DNA from: Octopus sinensis
Taxonomy: Eukaryota
DNA: 64,000 nt
NCBI RefSeq assembly: GCF_006345805.1
Contig: NC_042997.1
Span: 71,052,001 to 71,116,000, forward strand
Direction: 5' to 3'
The position numbers and the translations under genes were made by a program. This document shows positions 25,701-40,689 of the stretch, piece after piece. Below the pieces are notes generated by a model. It saw only the letters and a list, made by a program, of their open reading frames with translations, did no database searches and was not told the DNA's origin. Position 1 is the stretch's first letter. Every line of letters starts with the position of its first letter.

Positions 25701-27034
25701 CAGTGTGTGATGGGTAGATTTTTATAATTTTTTATTTCGCGCATGCACATTGTCTGTTTTTGATTTTGTCGACTACACAATATGGTAGGGTCAGTTGGGC
25801 ACATGTGTGACAAAAACAAGCACCATGCCGCAATTCACTCTGCCAGAAATTTTGAATCGTCATGCTGTACTGCTTGGCATTTGCGCCGGAAGCTCCAGTG
25901 TGAACATTTCAGAGTGCTTGGGTGTCAATATGAGGACAGTGCAATCTCAGGACATGTACCGAGAGTGATAAATATCAAACATCCAGTCAATATCATGGTG
26001 TTTGGAGTGATTACTAGTGTTGGCGACGTTGTGTCTCCATTCATCTTCCCACACGACCTCACACTCAACACGGAGGTCTACAACAATTGCCTGGATGATG
26101 TAGTACTGCTTTAGATCAAGACGGTGGATGCTAGGAGACACTATATCTGGCAACAGGACTCTGCACCATGCCACACAAGCAGAAGAACCTAGTCATAGCT
26201 GTCAAACAATTTCTGTGACCACATCACTCCTAACATCTGGCTACCTAACTTCTCAGACTTCAAACCCCTTGATTATTATGTGTGGGGCGCAGGTGAGCAA
26301 GAGGCCAACAAAACTCCTTGTAGCACTAAAGATGAATTGAAGGCAAAGATTATGGCTGCATTTACCAACTTAAACAAAGAGACCGCCCAGAAAAAATGCA
26401 GGAGATCCGAAGTCGCCTGGAGGGCGTGATTGAAGCCAAAAGCGATGTTATTGCATATATTTACTCTTTAATATTTCAAGATATTTTATGTAATTTTGGT
26501 AAATATATCTGTTAAAATGAGATGTCAGTGATACAGTAATCACTCGCCATATTGCGATTCTCCTATCGCGCTCTCAGTACATCGCGGATTTTTGTGACTA
26601 ATATATGTAAATTTATATCGCGGACTCCTCAGTATAGCGCGGGTTTCTGTGGCCGATAGGTATTTATATTTTTTTCGGTTTTAATTATTTCTGTGGTAAA
26701 ATAAGCATCTTCACGCCTAAAAGTTAATGAATTAATAAATAAAAATACAGTACATTACAGCACATTAGCTAAAACATATTAAAAGAAAATACTTAGTGTG
26801 CCATGGGTGCGTAAACAAAGAATCGTACATATTGTATGAAAACCTGTAGTCGGAAGGCAAGTGTGTGGTGTTGATTTCTAGTTATAACAATATAGATATA
26901 TACAAATACTATTTCTACTTCGCGGATTTTCACCAATTGTGGGGTATTGTAGAACGTAACACCCGCGATAGTTGAGGGATTACTATATTTTCATTTTTGC
27001 GTAATTTAGACAACAGTTTATTCATCGCACCTTG
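25701..27034 (+). mobile_element. Internally deleted Tc1/mariner relic of DD37D (maT)-like type
   Basis: KHPVNIMVFGVIT, WQQDSAPCHTS, W.PN..D..PLDYYVWG and TKDELKAKI. Degenerate TIRs: cagtgtgtgatgggtaga at 25701 and tttattcatcgcaccttg ending at 27034. Confidence 0.8.
26534..26985. mobile_element. Tigger/pogo-like non-autonomous element (MITE) nested in the maT relic
   Basis: Ends cagtaatcactcg and gagggattacta, with TA on both sides (26532-26533, 26986-26987). The host sequence rejoins as gtcagtga-TA-ttttcatttttg. Confidence 0.75.
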
Positions 27035-27186
27035 TGTATGTATGTGTATATATATATATATCTTTTATCTTTTACATATTTCAGTCATTAGACTGCGGCT
27101 GCGCTGGGGCATTGCCATAAAATTTTACTCCAATGATCCGACCCCAGTAATTAATTTAGCCTCGTACTTATTCTGTCGGTCTCTCT

Positions 27187-27286
27187 NNNNNNNNNNNNNN
27201 NNNNNNNNNNNNNNNNNNNNNNNNNNNNNNNNNNNNNNNNNNNNNNNNNNNNNNNNNNNNNNNNNNNNNNNNNNNNNNNNNNNNNN
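27187..27286. other. Assembly gap (100 N)
   Basis: Run of exactly 100 N, truncating a minus-strand SINE A (27060-27186). Confidence 0.99.
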
Positions 27287-27326
27287 TGTGTATATATATA
27301 TATACATACATATATATACCTTTATA

Positions 27327-27370
<44 letters not shown>

Positions 27371-28025
27371 CATGTGTATATAATATATGCTTGTATATAT
27401 ATAATATATATATATATTATCATATCTAATATATATAATATATATAATACAGAGAGAGAGAGAGACAAATTGATAGATAGATACTACATACAGACATACC
27501 TCCATACATACATATAATATATGTCTGTATCTGCGTGAGTGTATATATATGTGTATGTATATATATATATATATATATGAAGTATTTAAATGTATGTATT
27601 ATAATATATATATGCATATAATACATTTATACACATATACGTATATAGATATATGAATGCATATAAGAATCCATGCATGCTTGTAGACATATATAAATAC
27701 ATAAACACGTGTGCTGTTGCATATTTGTATGGATGTGTTTTGTGAATTACAGACATAATTTTATAATTACATGCACATATTTGGTTGGGTGAAATGTGCC
27801 TCACCTTTTCCAGTATCTTCCTATTCCGTCTTAAGCATTAATTAATTGACCATAGCTTACTAGTTCTACATTGACTGAAATGATATTCTGAAAGGCATCA
27901 CAACTTACAGTAAACTATTTTCGCTATCAGCTTGTGTTCAGCATTTCTATATCGCTAATACTTTTGTACATGACTACATACATATATAAATGCATATACA
28001 TCCATGGACGAACATATTATATGTG

Positions 28026-28074
<49 letters not shown>

Positions 28075-28264
28075 CTATATGTGTGGGTATATATCTATGT
28101 ATATGTATATATATTATGCATATAGGGATAGATATGTGTGTGTATGTGTGCATACAGGCATGAAGTAATACTGTCTTACATAACTATACAAACATTCGTC
28201 ATGTACTTACACATGCATACTTATAAATTTACACATATTATGTGTGTGTATATATATATGTATG

Positions 28265-28296
<32 letters not shown>

Positions 28297-29350
28297 CACA
28301 CACTCGTACATATGTACTTACATGCATAAACGCACATATACGAAGGCACGACAGTTTACAAAATTACGCAAATTATTCTGTAACCAAAAAAAGTAAAAGA
28401 ATTTAGTCACGATATGAGAAAAACCACTCCAAGCGTCTAAAATATGAATATATAAATATACTGCGGGTGTCTTATAACAGGAAACAATGAATAAACTCAT
28501 TGTACTTTTTTTGCTACGTTGCAGCTGTGGTTTTGATAGTCTTGTTATTGCTAATGTTGGGTGGAGTATTTGGCAGAATCGTTAGAGCGTTCGCTAAAAT
28601 GGCTTGTAGCGTTTTCCCGACTCTGTACCTACTGAGTTCAAATCTCGCCGAGGTCAATATTGCCTTTAATCATTTCGTGATCAATAATATACAGAAGTCC
28701 AAGTCAAGGAGTAAGGTCAATGGTATCGACTAATCGCCTTCTCTCCAAATTTCAGGCCATTTGCCTATGCTGGACACAATTGATTTTGTTGATCTTCTTC
28801 TTCCTCCTCTGCTATTTTTGGTTATGTTGTCCGTCAGGTAATATTTGACCGTGCAATATTATATATTCAGAGATATTTTCTCCTTAACCATCTTGCTATT
28901 CTCTCAGATACCAGCGATCCGAGTTTACTTCTAACATATACCGTATCATTTTATACTGTGTAATTGGCACATGACTCCTATTTCTAGCAAATCGACCAAA
29001 CACCCGTCGACTCCCTCGTTCATTGTAGAGACCATGACAATAGTTGTTGCTGTTGTTGTTGTCGACAATCTTGTTACTGTTTCGTTATATAATGCAGCAC
29101 AAATGGTTATAACCAGATTCGTGCCAGCTGTGGTCATCCAGTTACTTTTTCACAGACATACTCTTCAACTGCATTAGGCAGTATCGCCTTCCCTTTCAAG
29201 TCTGTACTGTTTCAAATAAAACATTAGACACACACACATACATATATATATATATGTATGTACATACGTACATGCATATATATATACACGCACACACACA
29301 CATATACACATATATATACATATACATATAAAAAATGTATGTATATATTC

Positions 29351-29417
<67 letters not shown>

Positions 29418-29424
29418 GTGTGTG

Positions 29425-29457
<33 letters not shown>

Positions 29458-29466
29458 GAATATGAC

Positions 29467-29515
<49 letters not shown>

Positions 29516-30440
29516 TTATTATATATATATATATATACATACAATACATATACATATATATATATATATATATATAGATATATATATATATATAGTATAT
29601 AATGGATTGATGGATGGATGGATGTTTGGGTGGATTGGTGGATGGATGGATGGATGGATGGATGGATGGGTGGGTGGATTGGTGGATTAATAGGTGTATA
29701 TTACTTTTTTCCTTCTTCTTCATCCAAAGAGTATTGTCATGCTGGTACACCGCTATTGGTGTAATTATTAGTTATTTAATTTTGCTGTCCTTTCTATTGA
29801 AGTTTTGTTGGATAAGGAAGTTGGTCAACGCCGTCCTAATTTGGGTTTCTTTCGTGATGTGGGTTCATCATTCTTTCCAGATAAAAAGCATTGCTTCTTT
29901 TAATACATTAGACATAGCCTTGCGCATCTGTGAGAGTTTTTCAGTAGGCTCTTCTACTCTAAACTGTTACAGTATTGAGTCCTTGGTCTGGATTGAGTGG
30001 TTAAGACCTTCGGTACTTTGTAGTGACATGCATTTATGTGGGTTGGTATGGTTTCAGTCCTAAATTTAAGCGCAATCTATATATGTATATATGTATGTAT
30101 GTGTGTGTATGCATGTATGCATGTATATATGTACGTATGTATCTATACATACATACATACATACATACATACATACATACATACATACATAAATACATAC
30201 ATACATACATACATACATACATACATAAGACATTACGTGTTTTTACATTATTGGAGTAAATCTTGCTTAAAGTTATTTCCAGTGGTCATTATAGGTTCGT
30301 TACTGATAGGTTTAAACCTACAACTAACGGACCTTTGATTACTAATGGAAGCAGCTGTAAGCTTAATTTACTCAAATAAAATATATATATATATATATAT
30401 ATACACTCACACCCCACACACTCACAAAATGCACTACAAT

Positions 30441-30484
<44 letters not shown>

Positions 30485-30684
30485 ATACGCACACAGCCAC
30501 ACGCACACGAATCCACGCACATATACATTTATATAGCTAGATAGGAAAATAGATAGATAAAGAGATGGATAAAATGGGAGAGAGATAGAGAGACGTTACA
30601 CATACATGAAGATTAATACCAGATTAATACTTATACATACAAATGATTATACTTATACATACAAATGTGTATGTATATATATAT

Positions 30685-30734
<50 letters not shown>

Positions 30735-32096
30735 ATATATTTATATATTAATAATATACATATTTGTATGTATAAACAAACATACATATAGTTTTATATA
30801 TATTATATATATATATATATACATAAATATATGTATACGGACATATATTGGTACGTACATACATATATACACATCCATATATGCGCGCACACATGCATAC
30901 GTACAAATATACCTATATATACACATACATACAAACATGCATATGTATATATACATACATACAAGCATACATGATTACGTACATACATACATATATACTT
31001 CCATACATGCTTACATACATATATCCGTCTGTTTGTGTGTAAATTCCATTTCATTCAATTTTTATCCATTTATTTTTGTTGACAGACGGCAGACTTGGAT
31101 GTTCTACGGTGTATACGCACAGATATAAACACATATACACACATACAACTTTAAATGCTGCATATATTAGGCGAATATATATAGTAATAGCATTTTAAAC
31201 AAATTATGGGGTTTTATATACGTATTATGGTTTTTATACATTTCCTTTACAAAAATATTTCACAGTCACAGAGAGGAGGGTGTATGATCTTGATGCTTGA
31301 AATTAAAAACATTAGGTAGTAGACTAATATTGAATAAACTATAATGTCCCCTACCAGTAGGGAAAAACAGAGAACTCCAAACAATTCTAAACCCTAAGAC
31401 ACTTACACACAGACATATATATATGCATTTGGCCAAGAGATTATATATATATATATATATATATGTACATTTGTATTTCTATGTATATATGTACGTATAA
31501 ATTTATATGCATGTATGTATTTATATAAACACTAAAGTGTAAACAAGCCTTGGCAATGTTTATATATTCATGAATATATTAGTAGAAATTATATTTGCAC
31601 GCGTTGAGTTACGTATGTTATATGTAAAATAAATATATGAGCAATATGATAAAATTGAGAAGAGAAATTTTACAAAATGATACTCAGAGTTTTTCGTAAT
31701 CTGTCTTTATAAGGAAAATTCTAATTTAGGAAACGAGATCGGAGAAGAGAAACAAATTGCAAAATATAAGATAATATAATACAATATAAAATAATATACT
31801 AAAGTATATCATGATGTTATATAGGGGCTCGAATATCTTGTTTTACATCATATCAACTCCAATACGCATGTAAATCTGGGCCACTTTTGGTTGAATCTTT
31901 ATGATAAGGCACCGAAAGTAACACGTTATCGACATAAATGCGAATTCGGCATGGTGAAATGCATTGTTTCTGGGTTGCAGTTGTGTGATATATTTATGTG
32001 TGTATAGATATACATATATATACATACATACATATACATATATATATATATATATATACATACATATATACATATTAATATATACATATATAATAT

Positions 32097-32129
<33 letters not shown>

Positions 32130-32550
32130 GTATATGTATATGTATGTGTGTGTGTATGTGTGTATATAATTATTACGTTTGATAATGGAGAGATTCAATG
32201 GATATAAATTAATTTATCAATTAATTATCATCATTGCCTACAATTATTTCAATAAAAATTTATATACATATGCATATATAAACATATGTTCATGTATATA
32301 TGTATAAAAATATGTGTGTATATATATATATTATATATATGCATATATATACATATATATATACATACATAACTATGTATATATATATACATGCGTGTGT
32401 AAATTGCACGAAATGAGTAGACAGCTGACAACTGATGAAGGGTCGTTCTTTGTGGTACTTTTCCTGTTTTCCATTGTTTTTTTCTGTATTTAATTCATTT
32501 GTTTTCGTATTTGATATTGTTTACAGTTGGTGACTTCCTGTACCAATGTA

Positions 32551-32595
<45 letters not shown>

Positions 32596-32715
32596 TACAT
32601 GTATATATATTATATATATTATTACTATATAGTGTATACATACATATTTAAATATATGTCTATGTATACATTTATATATATGTGTGCATGTGTACATACA
32701 TACATACATACATAT

Positions 32716-32776
<61 letters not shown>

Positions 32777-33081
32777 CATACGTATATTCATATATATATA
32801 TATATATATGTGAGCATACATTGATATATATGTGTGTGTCTGTATATATATATGTACATAAAAAATACAAACTGGGACAAGAACGCATAACATTTAGAAG
32901 ATGATATAAAAAACACGGATGGGACATTCGAACGCTTCAAACTTCTGTCAAGAACTGGATCATACTCGCAATTTCGGCTGGTATGTATTTATATGTGTAT
33001 GTATGCATGTATATGTATATGTGTGTATGCGCGTATGTATATATGTATGTACATATATGTGAATGTACGTACACACGCATG

Positions 33082-33118
<37 letters not shown>

Positions 33119-33312
33119 TATAAATATATACTAGATATATTATATGTATGTATACGATGGCAATCAGTGCAGAGTTTCTATTTAACAAATACCACTGCCG
33201 GGTGTGATCGAGGGCTATTTGTAAAATACACTTCCCCATGGTTCCACACGGTGTGATCTCTCCTCTAAACAAGTGGTTACGAATCAAACGAATATATGTG
33301 TGTGGGTGTGTG

Positions 33313-33345
<33 letters not shown>

Positions 33346-33909
33346 TAAGGGTTGGCTTCCAAGTTGCATTCCCTCGCTTTCGGCACACTGTATATTTATT
33401 ATGGTAGTTTTGACTTTAAGAGTCCCTCTTAACGTGAGGCATTTTCGTGTAGTATTGCCCATAATATGAATAAATATATTTACATTGAACAATTATAAAT
33501 TTTCCCCTTATAAGGTTTTCACGCTGACCACTTGATAATTTCTTGTAAAGATTTTATCCTATATTTAAATTTTAAAATATATATAAAGACATATTTTTGG
33601 AAGAAGAGAATATTCATTACAAGTATGAAACAAAATATTTAGTTTGTAAAGCATATAAAACGCACACAGCACATATATTACGTACATCTATATACGGACA
33701 TATAAACATGCATAAACACACGTATATATCAATATTTGCACGTTGCTTTCTTCTATCATTTTACTGATGCAATAAATTTTTCACATAGGTAAACAGATTG
33801 GAGATCCACATATATAAAGCATATACTGGCATATACATCCTCATAAATATACAAAATTTATAAACACCGAAATACTCATATATATATGTATATATTTAAT
33901 ATACATACA

Positions 33910-33945
<36 letters not shown>

Positions 33946-34015
33946 TATATAATATATATATATATAATATATATATATATATAATATATATATATATATT
34001 ATATATATATATATC

Positions 34016-34063
<48 letters not shown>

Positions 34064-34181
34064 TGTATGTATATATACACGCACGTAAACATGCGGAAGA
34101 GTACAACTGACAATTTAGCGAACAGACACACAGACACAGATGAAGCACTGAAAGAAAAGAGTGTGCGTGTGTGTGTGTGTT

Positions 34182-34214
<33 letters not shown>

Positions 34215-34226
34215 GTTTGTGTGTTT

Positions 34227-34276
<50 letters not shown>

Positions 34277-34439
34277 ATTGTAAATAAAAATAATATAATA
34301 TTAATAAAAGTAAAAAAATAAAAATAAAATGATGGTAGGAAGTAGAAAAGAAGCAAGAAGCAGTAAAGAAGGCCAAAAAACTTACAGCTGCCACTTCGAC
34401 CACATCTCCTTGCAAGAACTACATGCACACCACCCGTAT

Positions 34440-35100
34440 AGCCCCACCTTCCTTCTTCGATTGACGCCGCTGCTGCTTGTCTAGCAGTTGTTGTTGTTGT
34501 GGTGGTGGTTTTGGTGCTGCTGATCTTGGTTGTGATGATATTAGAGGCGGCGCCGGCGGCAGTGGTGGAGGAGGTGGTGGTGGTGGTGGTGGTGGTGGAA
34601 TGAATGGTTACTGGTAGCGATGACGGTATCGGTTCTGTTGGTCGTATTACTTGATGTTGTTATCGTTGTTGTTGTTGTTGGTGGTGGTGGTTGTTATGGT
34701 GATGATGATGCTTTTAATGGAAGTAATAGTGATGCTGGTGTTGCTCTTATTGTTATTCGCGTTGATGTTGCTTGTGTTGGTGATACTGGCGGAGGCAAGG
34801 GTGCTGGGGGGAGTGATGTTAGTATGGAGGTATTAGTTCTCCTAGTGATGATGACGGCGGTGGCGGTTGTGACGGCCTCCGCGGTGATGGAGACAGCGGG
34901 GATGCTGGTGGTGGTAATAAAGTTATAGAATCGTTTAAGATGCTAGTGGCGGGTGTGACGTAGAATTTTGGCAGTTTGTTATGGCTGTAGTGGGATGTGC
35001 AAATGGTAGTGTTGATGGTGTTGGCAGTGATGGCGGAGGATGCGGTAGAATAGGACGCGGTGACGGTGGAGATGGTAGCGGTGTTGGTTGTGCTTTTGTT
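34440..35100. repeat. Degenerate (GGT/GAT/GTT)n low-complexity region
   Basis: Trinucleotide-biased sequence. No frame gives a recognisable protein. Confidence 0.8.
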
Positions 35101-35324
35101 ATATGGCGTTAGAGTTATTAAGTATCCTGTCGGAGATGGTAAGCAGTCATATGTCGGTAATGCATGTTATGTAGTAAAGTTCCACGACGGGGGCGTTGGT
35201 GTTTAATCTGGTAGATTCAGTGACGCTGGTGATGTTGTTATGGCAGTGTTGTTCAATATAGTGGAGAGGATGGTAACAATCACATGAATCAGTGTTGTTC
35301 CATACTAGGGGTGTTAATTAATAT

Positions 35325-35535
35325 TAGTTGCAATTTTTAGCACGAGGCCAGCAAGTTCGGTGTGGGGAGATAAGTCATTACATGGACCCTAGTGCTCAAC
35401 TGGTACTTTATTTCACCGGTCCCGTAAGGATGAAAGCAAAGTCGACCTTACCAGAATTTGGAGTGAGAACGTAGAGACGGACGAAATGCCTAAAAATTAT
35501 TTTACCCGGCGTGCTAACGATTCTGCCAACTCACC
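35325..35535 (-). mobile_element. SINE family B, degenerate
   Basis: aactggtactt..aaggatgaaagcaaagtcgacc..gtgctaacgattctgccaactcacc. Confidence 0.75.
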
Positions 35536-35954
35536 ATCCTGGGGTTAATTAATAACGGTTTGATTATCATCATATCCATACTTTTGTGTAGTAATACATT
35601 ATACTTTTAGTTAAGTCTAACTGAACATACCTTTGGTAAGAGGCATTCCAGCTGTGATCATCCTCATTTCTGATTTTTTCTGTTTTATTATTTTTTTCCT
35701 TGTGTGCAGTCCAGGACCAATCTTATCACAAGTTTGCTATCGGTATCCTGCCACATGCACATAGTCGAGTGGTCGGCGAATGATACTGTGCCCTACTTGG
35801 CTTCCCCGGTGAAGAGGGAGTGTGAGCAATCAGTGGGATTGAAAGATAAAAGGTGAATTTCATGAGGGCCGTAGATATTAACATTCTGGAGAGGAGCTGG
35901 ACCACCTCCAGGATTACCGCGCCTAATAAAATGCTTGAATGGAAGTTACATCAC

Positions 35955-36470
<516 letters not shown>

Positions 36471-36484
36471 ATATTCACTTCTAT

Positions 36485-36690
36485 ACCGAACAGAATCGCT
36501 GGACAGGTTTTACGGGTAAAATCAATGGGCAGGAGACCCAGGGGTAGACGACAAGCAAGAAGATTGGAGCTCGGTTGGTCTCGCTTGGGTATCAAGCTGA
36601 ATCAATTGGAGATGGTTGCTTTAGGCAGGATCCGATGGAAGGCGTACTTGAGGACCCTCCCACAAATATGTGAGCAAAGAAGTTGAGACG
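36485..36690 (+). mobile_element. RTE-type LINE 3' end fragment
   Basis: GRRPRGRRQARR...MVALGRIRWKAYL resembles the RTE C-terminal G.RPRGRP..RW...A.DR..W pattern. Confidence 0.6.
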
Positions 36691-37329
36691 ATATGAAAGA
36701 AGCCCATCGTATATATAAATATATATACATATGTGTGTATGTGTGTGTGCCTTTTTTGTCTGCGCTTGTCACCTCACCATCGCTTAACAACTAGTACTGG
36801 TGCATTTACATCACCGTAATTTAGCGGTTTGTGTGTGTATGTGTGTGTGTCAGTGTGTCCGTGCATATGTGTGTATGTGTATGTACAGGAATGCTAGTAC
36901 AGATAATTTGGTAAGTATACATTTGCCACTATAGGTAATATCAGGAAATAGTGCATGCCAGCAATAATTATATTTTTACTTTCACAAAATTTTTTGGTGC
37001 TTATACAAAATCATGCAAAGAATACAGGTTTCCTGAAAAAAGAGAGAAACAACAATAGTTATTACCAATAAATTAAACATAACATTTCTCATAAATCCTT
37101 CCTTAGCAAGTCCTCTACACCATCACCGCCACTCCTCCTTTATCTCTATGAGCCAAGTATGTGCACTCGTACTGCACTTTTTATTTTCAACGTCCCTTAT
37201 CTGTCTTTTCCTCTCTACTCGCCTCACAATATAAAGTATTCAATGTAAAACGTAAATAGAAATAACTGGTATTTTCTTACATTCCGTCGTCTATTGTACA
37301 CGCATATATATATATATATATATATACAC

Positions 37330-37515
37330 CTTTTATCATCTGTTTCAGTCATAAGGCTGTAGCTATGTTGGAACTTCACTTTGAAGAACTCTTAGTCGAA
37401 TGAATCGACCCAGTACTTTTTTTGTAAGCCCTAGCCTAGACTCTATCCTAGAATTTTTGACGAACCGCTAAGTTACAGGGACACAAACAAACCAGCACCA
37501 GTTGTCAAGTGGTAG
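37330..37515 (-). mobile_element. SINE A 3' half
   Basis: tgtttcagtcat..cgaaccgctaagttac-gggac..ggttgtcaag. Confidence 0.75.
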
Positions 37516-37577
37516 TGTATACATGCACACATTCAAATACATACACATACAATCAGAAATTGAAACCTGTCGTGTAT

Positions 37578-37623
<46 letters not shown>

Positions 37624-37725
37624 TACATATATATACGTATATATGTATGTGGGTGTGTGTGTGTGTGTGTATACATGTGTGTGCGTCTGTGTGAATGTGT
37701 GTATTTGTATTTTTGTATGTGTTCA

Positions 37726-38969
37726 CGAGGGGAGTTCAATAAGTAATGCCTCTGACCCACTTGCAGTTGTTTGATCTAGCTGAAATTTTGCATGTGCAAT
37801 TATTTATATCTCTACAGATTAAGTGGCAAATTACAGCTCTGAACTAATTGTGGTTTCTGATTTACAGGTGTTTGAACTGAGTCGAGTGTGAAATGGAGCC
37901 TGTTGAGTGTCGAGCAGTGATGCGGTTTTTGTATTTGAAAGGACGCACACCACGGGAGACTTTTGATGAAATAAAAGTAACTTATGGTGATGATGCCCCA
38001 TCATATGACCTTGTAAAACGCTGGCATCGTGAATTCAAACATGGTCGGAACTTTGTGGAAACAGCTCCCAGATCTGGTCGCCCCCTTCTGCCATTGATGA
38101 GGCATCTGTCCGTCAAGTTGAGGCTGCCATATTCGCCAAATAGCCCATGAGGTCAAGATTAGTACCGGGTCTGTGGAAACTATCATTCATGACCATTTGC
38201 ATATGCAAAAGGTGTCTACCAGATAGATTCCCAGGCTGCTCACACCTTTCCAGAAGCAAGAACGCGTCGATTGGGCGAGGATGAATTTGAAGATGTGCCA
38301 AGAAGATGAGTCAAAATTTTTCAAAAGACTGATTACACAGGATGAAACCTGGGTCCATCACGATGATCCAGAGACCAAAGCCCAGTCAATGCAGTGGAAG
38401 CACCGTGACTCACCTCCTCCAAAGAAGGCAAGGGTGCAGCCCTCCGCTGGCAAGGTCATGCTCACAGTCTTCTGGGACCAGGACGGAGTAGTGACGACAG
38501 ATTTCCTGGCAAAGGGTGCCACAATTACAGGAGCCTATTATGCTTCACTTTTGAGGAAATTAAGAGAAGCTATCAAAATCAAGAGGCGGGGCAAGATCAG
38601 CAAAAGCATCCTCCAACTCGCGTGTCGCCAGATCAGAAGCACAGGCGTGCGGCTATGAACTCATCCCCCATTCTCCCTACTCTCCTGACCTGCACCCTCT
38701 GATTTTCACCTCTTCCCAGCCATGAAGTTGTTTTTGAAAGGAAAGCGTTTCCCAGATGATGCAGCCTTGATTTCTGAAGTCACGTCGTGGTTGGAGGACC
38801 AAGCTGGGGTCTTCTACAAACACGGTCTTTCAGAGCTGCATCAAACGCTGGGAGAAATGCGTAACTCTGGATGGTTTCTATGTAGAAAAAGACTAATAAC
38901 TGTGCCAAGTTTCGTTGCTCTACTGCTATGGGAAGTGGGTCAGGGGCATTACTTATTGAACGCCCCTCG
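37726..38969 (+). mobile_element. Mariner of the same family as 8530-9816, inactive copy 2
   Basis: 37-bp TIRs with 2 mismatches. Right flank is TA (38970-38971); left flank is CA, probably a mutated TSD. Internal deletions include one removing the QDN catalytic D. QDETW is intact. Confidence 0.96.
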
Positions 38970-39499
38970 TATCCTCCATTACTACTTGACAATGTTGGTT
39001 TGTTTACGTCCCCCGCAACATAGTGGTTCGACAGAAAAGACAGACTAAATGAGTGCCAGGTTTAAAAGAAAATAAGAGTTGGGATCGGTTGTTCGAATAA
39101 ACCCTCCAAGGTGGTATCCTCCACCCCATCAGCATGGTGCAGTCCAATGGTTGAAAGAAATCACACACGCACTCACAGATACAACCAAGACAAGACAAGC
39201 TTATCAGATCATTTTAATTATTTTAATTATCACAACAGTGAATCGAGTTGGGCAAAATTAAATAATAATGTTGTTAACAATATCTTACCCGCTGACTCGG
39301 AAGTAAGCTACGGATCCCTAACTCCAGACCCCGTTGTGAACTTCGATCCTAGTAGCTTCTACACAGCGTAACTATTAGTTTGGATCATCTGTGACCTAAA
39401 CCCTTCCTATAATATGTATAATATATGTGTGTTTCTGTTTCTCTGTATCTCCCTCAGTAATAATATAGAGACACAGAGAGACAGATAGATAGAAAGACT

Positions 39500-39563
<64 letters not shown>

Positions 39564-40235
39564 CGTGTGTGTGTGTGTGTATATATATATGTATGTATGT
39601 ATGTATATAAGTCTTTCTATCTATCTGTCTATCTGTGTCTATATTATTACCGAGGGAGAGGGAGAGACAGCGAGACAGAAAGACACACAGAAAGAAAGAG
39701 AAAGCAAAGGAGAGTAAAAGGGGGAGCTGATTTGTGCGCATTTATTTCCATCTGCATAAATTTATTCATCACTCTATGTGCATGTGTGTGTATACATGTG
39801 AGCATGTGTGTTTCTGTCTGTACGTGCCTATTGCGCTTTATAGTGTGTGTATGCACATATGGAAAAATGCTTACAAAAGGATAATGACGAAATGTGTCAT
39901 TCGCTGTATTTTCACGGCATTTCAATAAATTGAATTGAACTGAATAACTCTACCTTTCGGCTTAACAGAAATCGGAAAATTCTCCAATATCGTAGTACGG
40001 CCCCTTTAAGTGTGTTATAAATATTTCGATAACTGCTTGATATCTCAGATTGAAATCTCCCTATATCATATTCTGTGTTAGAATACATTTTCTTTAATGT
40101 GGACCAACTAGCTAAAAAAGTGGTCCAGAATTTGAAATTTTATATTCCCCTATCTGGTAAAATATCTGAGCAAATTTGAATACTATTTAAGGAATAATAA
40201 TAATGATGATGATAATAATAATAATAATAATAATA

Positions 40236-40275
<40 letters not shown>

Positions 40276-40689
40276 CAAGTTTTAAAACAAACATAATTTT
40301 CGTATGTTTTTTTTTTTAGACATTCACTAGTACAGCACTAAATACAAAACCAAATATATGGCACACTAGGCATAACAACAACATGAACTTCCAGCTTGTT
40401 GTCTCTTGAGGTCTCTGGGTGAGACTTGGAGCCAACTTGTACAAATGTAAAGCAAAGTCAAACAGAATAATAATAATAATAGTTACGCTTTCTAACTTGG
40501 ATAATGATCATTACCATTTATGTTAAATGCGTTCAAACACCACCGACGTGCATTTCATCCTTTCTAGATCGATGAGTCAATGTAGTCATCTAGCCCCTCC
40601 CACCAAATTTCATGAACTATGATCGTCCACTCCTATCCTCCTCAGAGCAGGACCGTTCACTCGGACCTTCTTGTTCCTCTCACCCATGT

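Noticed and set aside
32400-32990. Half-hammerhead motifs (GAAAtgagTA...CTGATGA near 32410, and a minus-strand GAAA..TA near 32970)
   Set aside because: The halves are in the wrong order or truncated by microsatellite, and stems do not close. At best they are decayed terminal-repeat debris.
34380-34660. Poly-Pro/Gln or poly-Thr exon on the minus strand, with a gtaagt donor near 34385
   Set aside because: The Pro frame is bounded by stops and the nearest acceptor puts a TAA in frame. The Thr frame is low-complexity with no recognisable domain.
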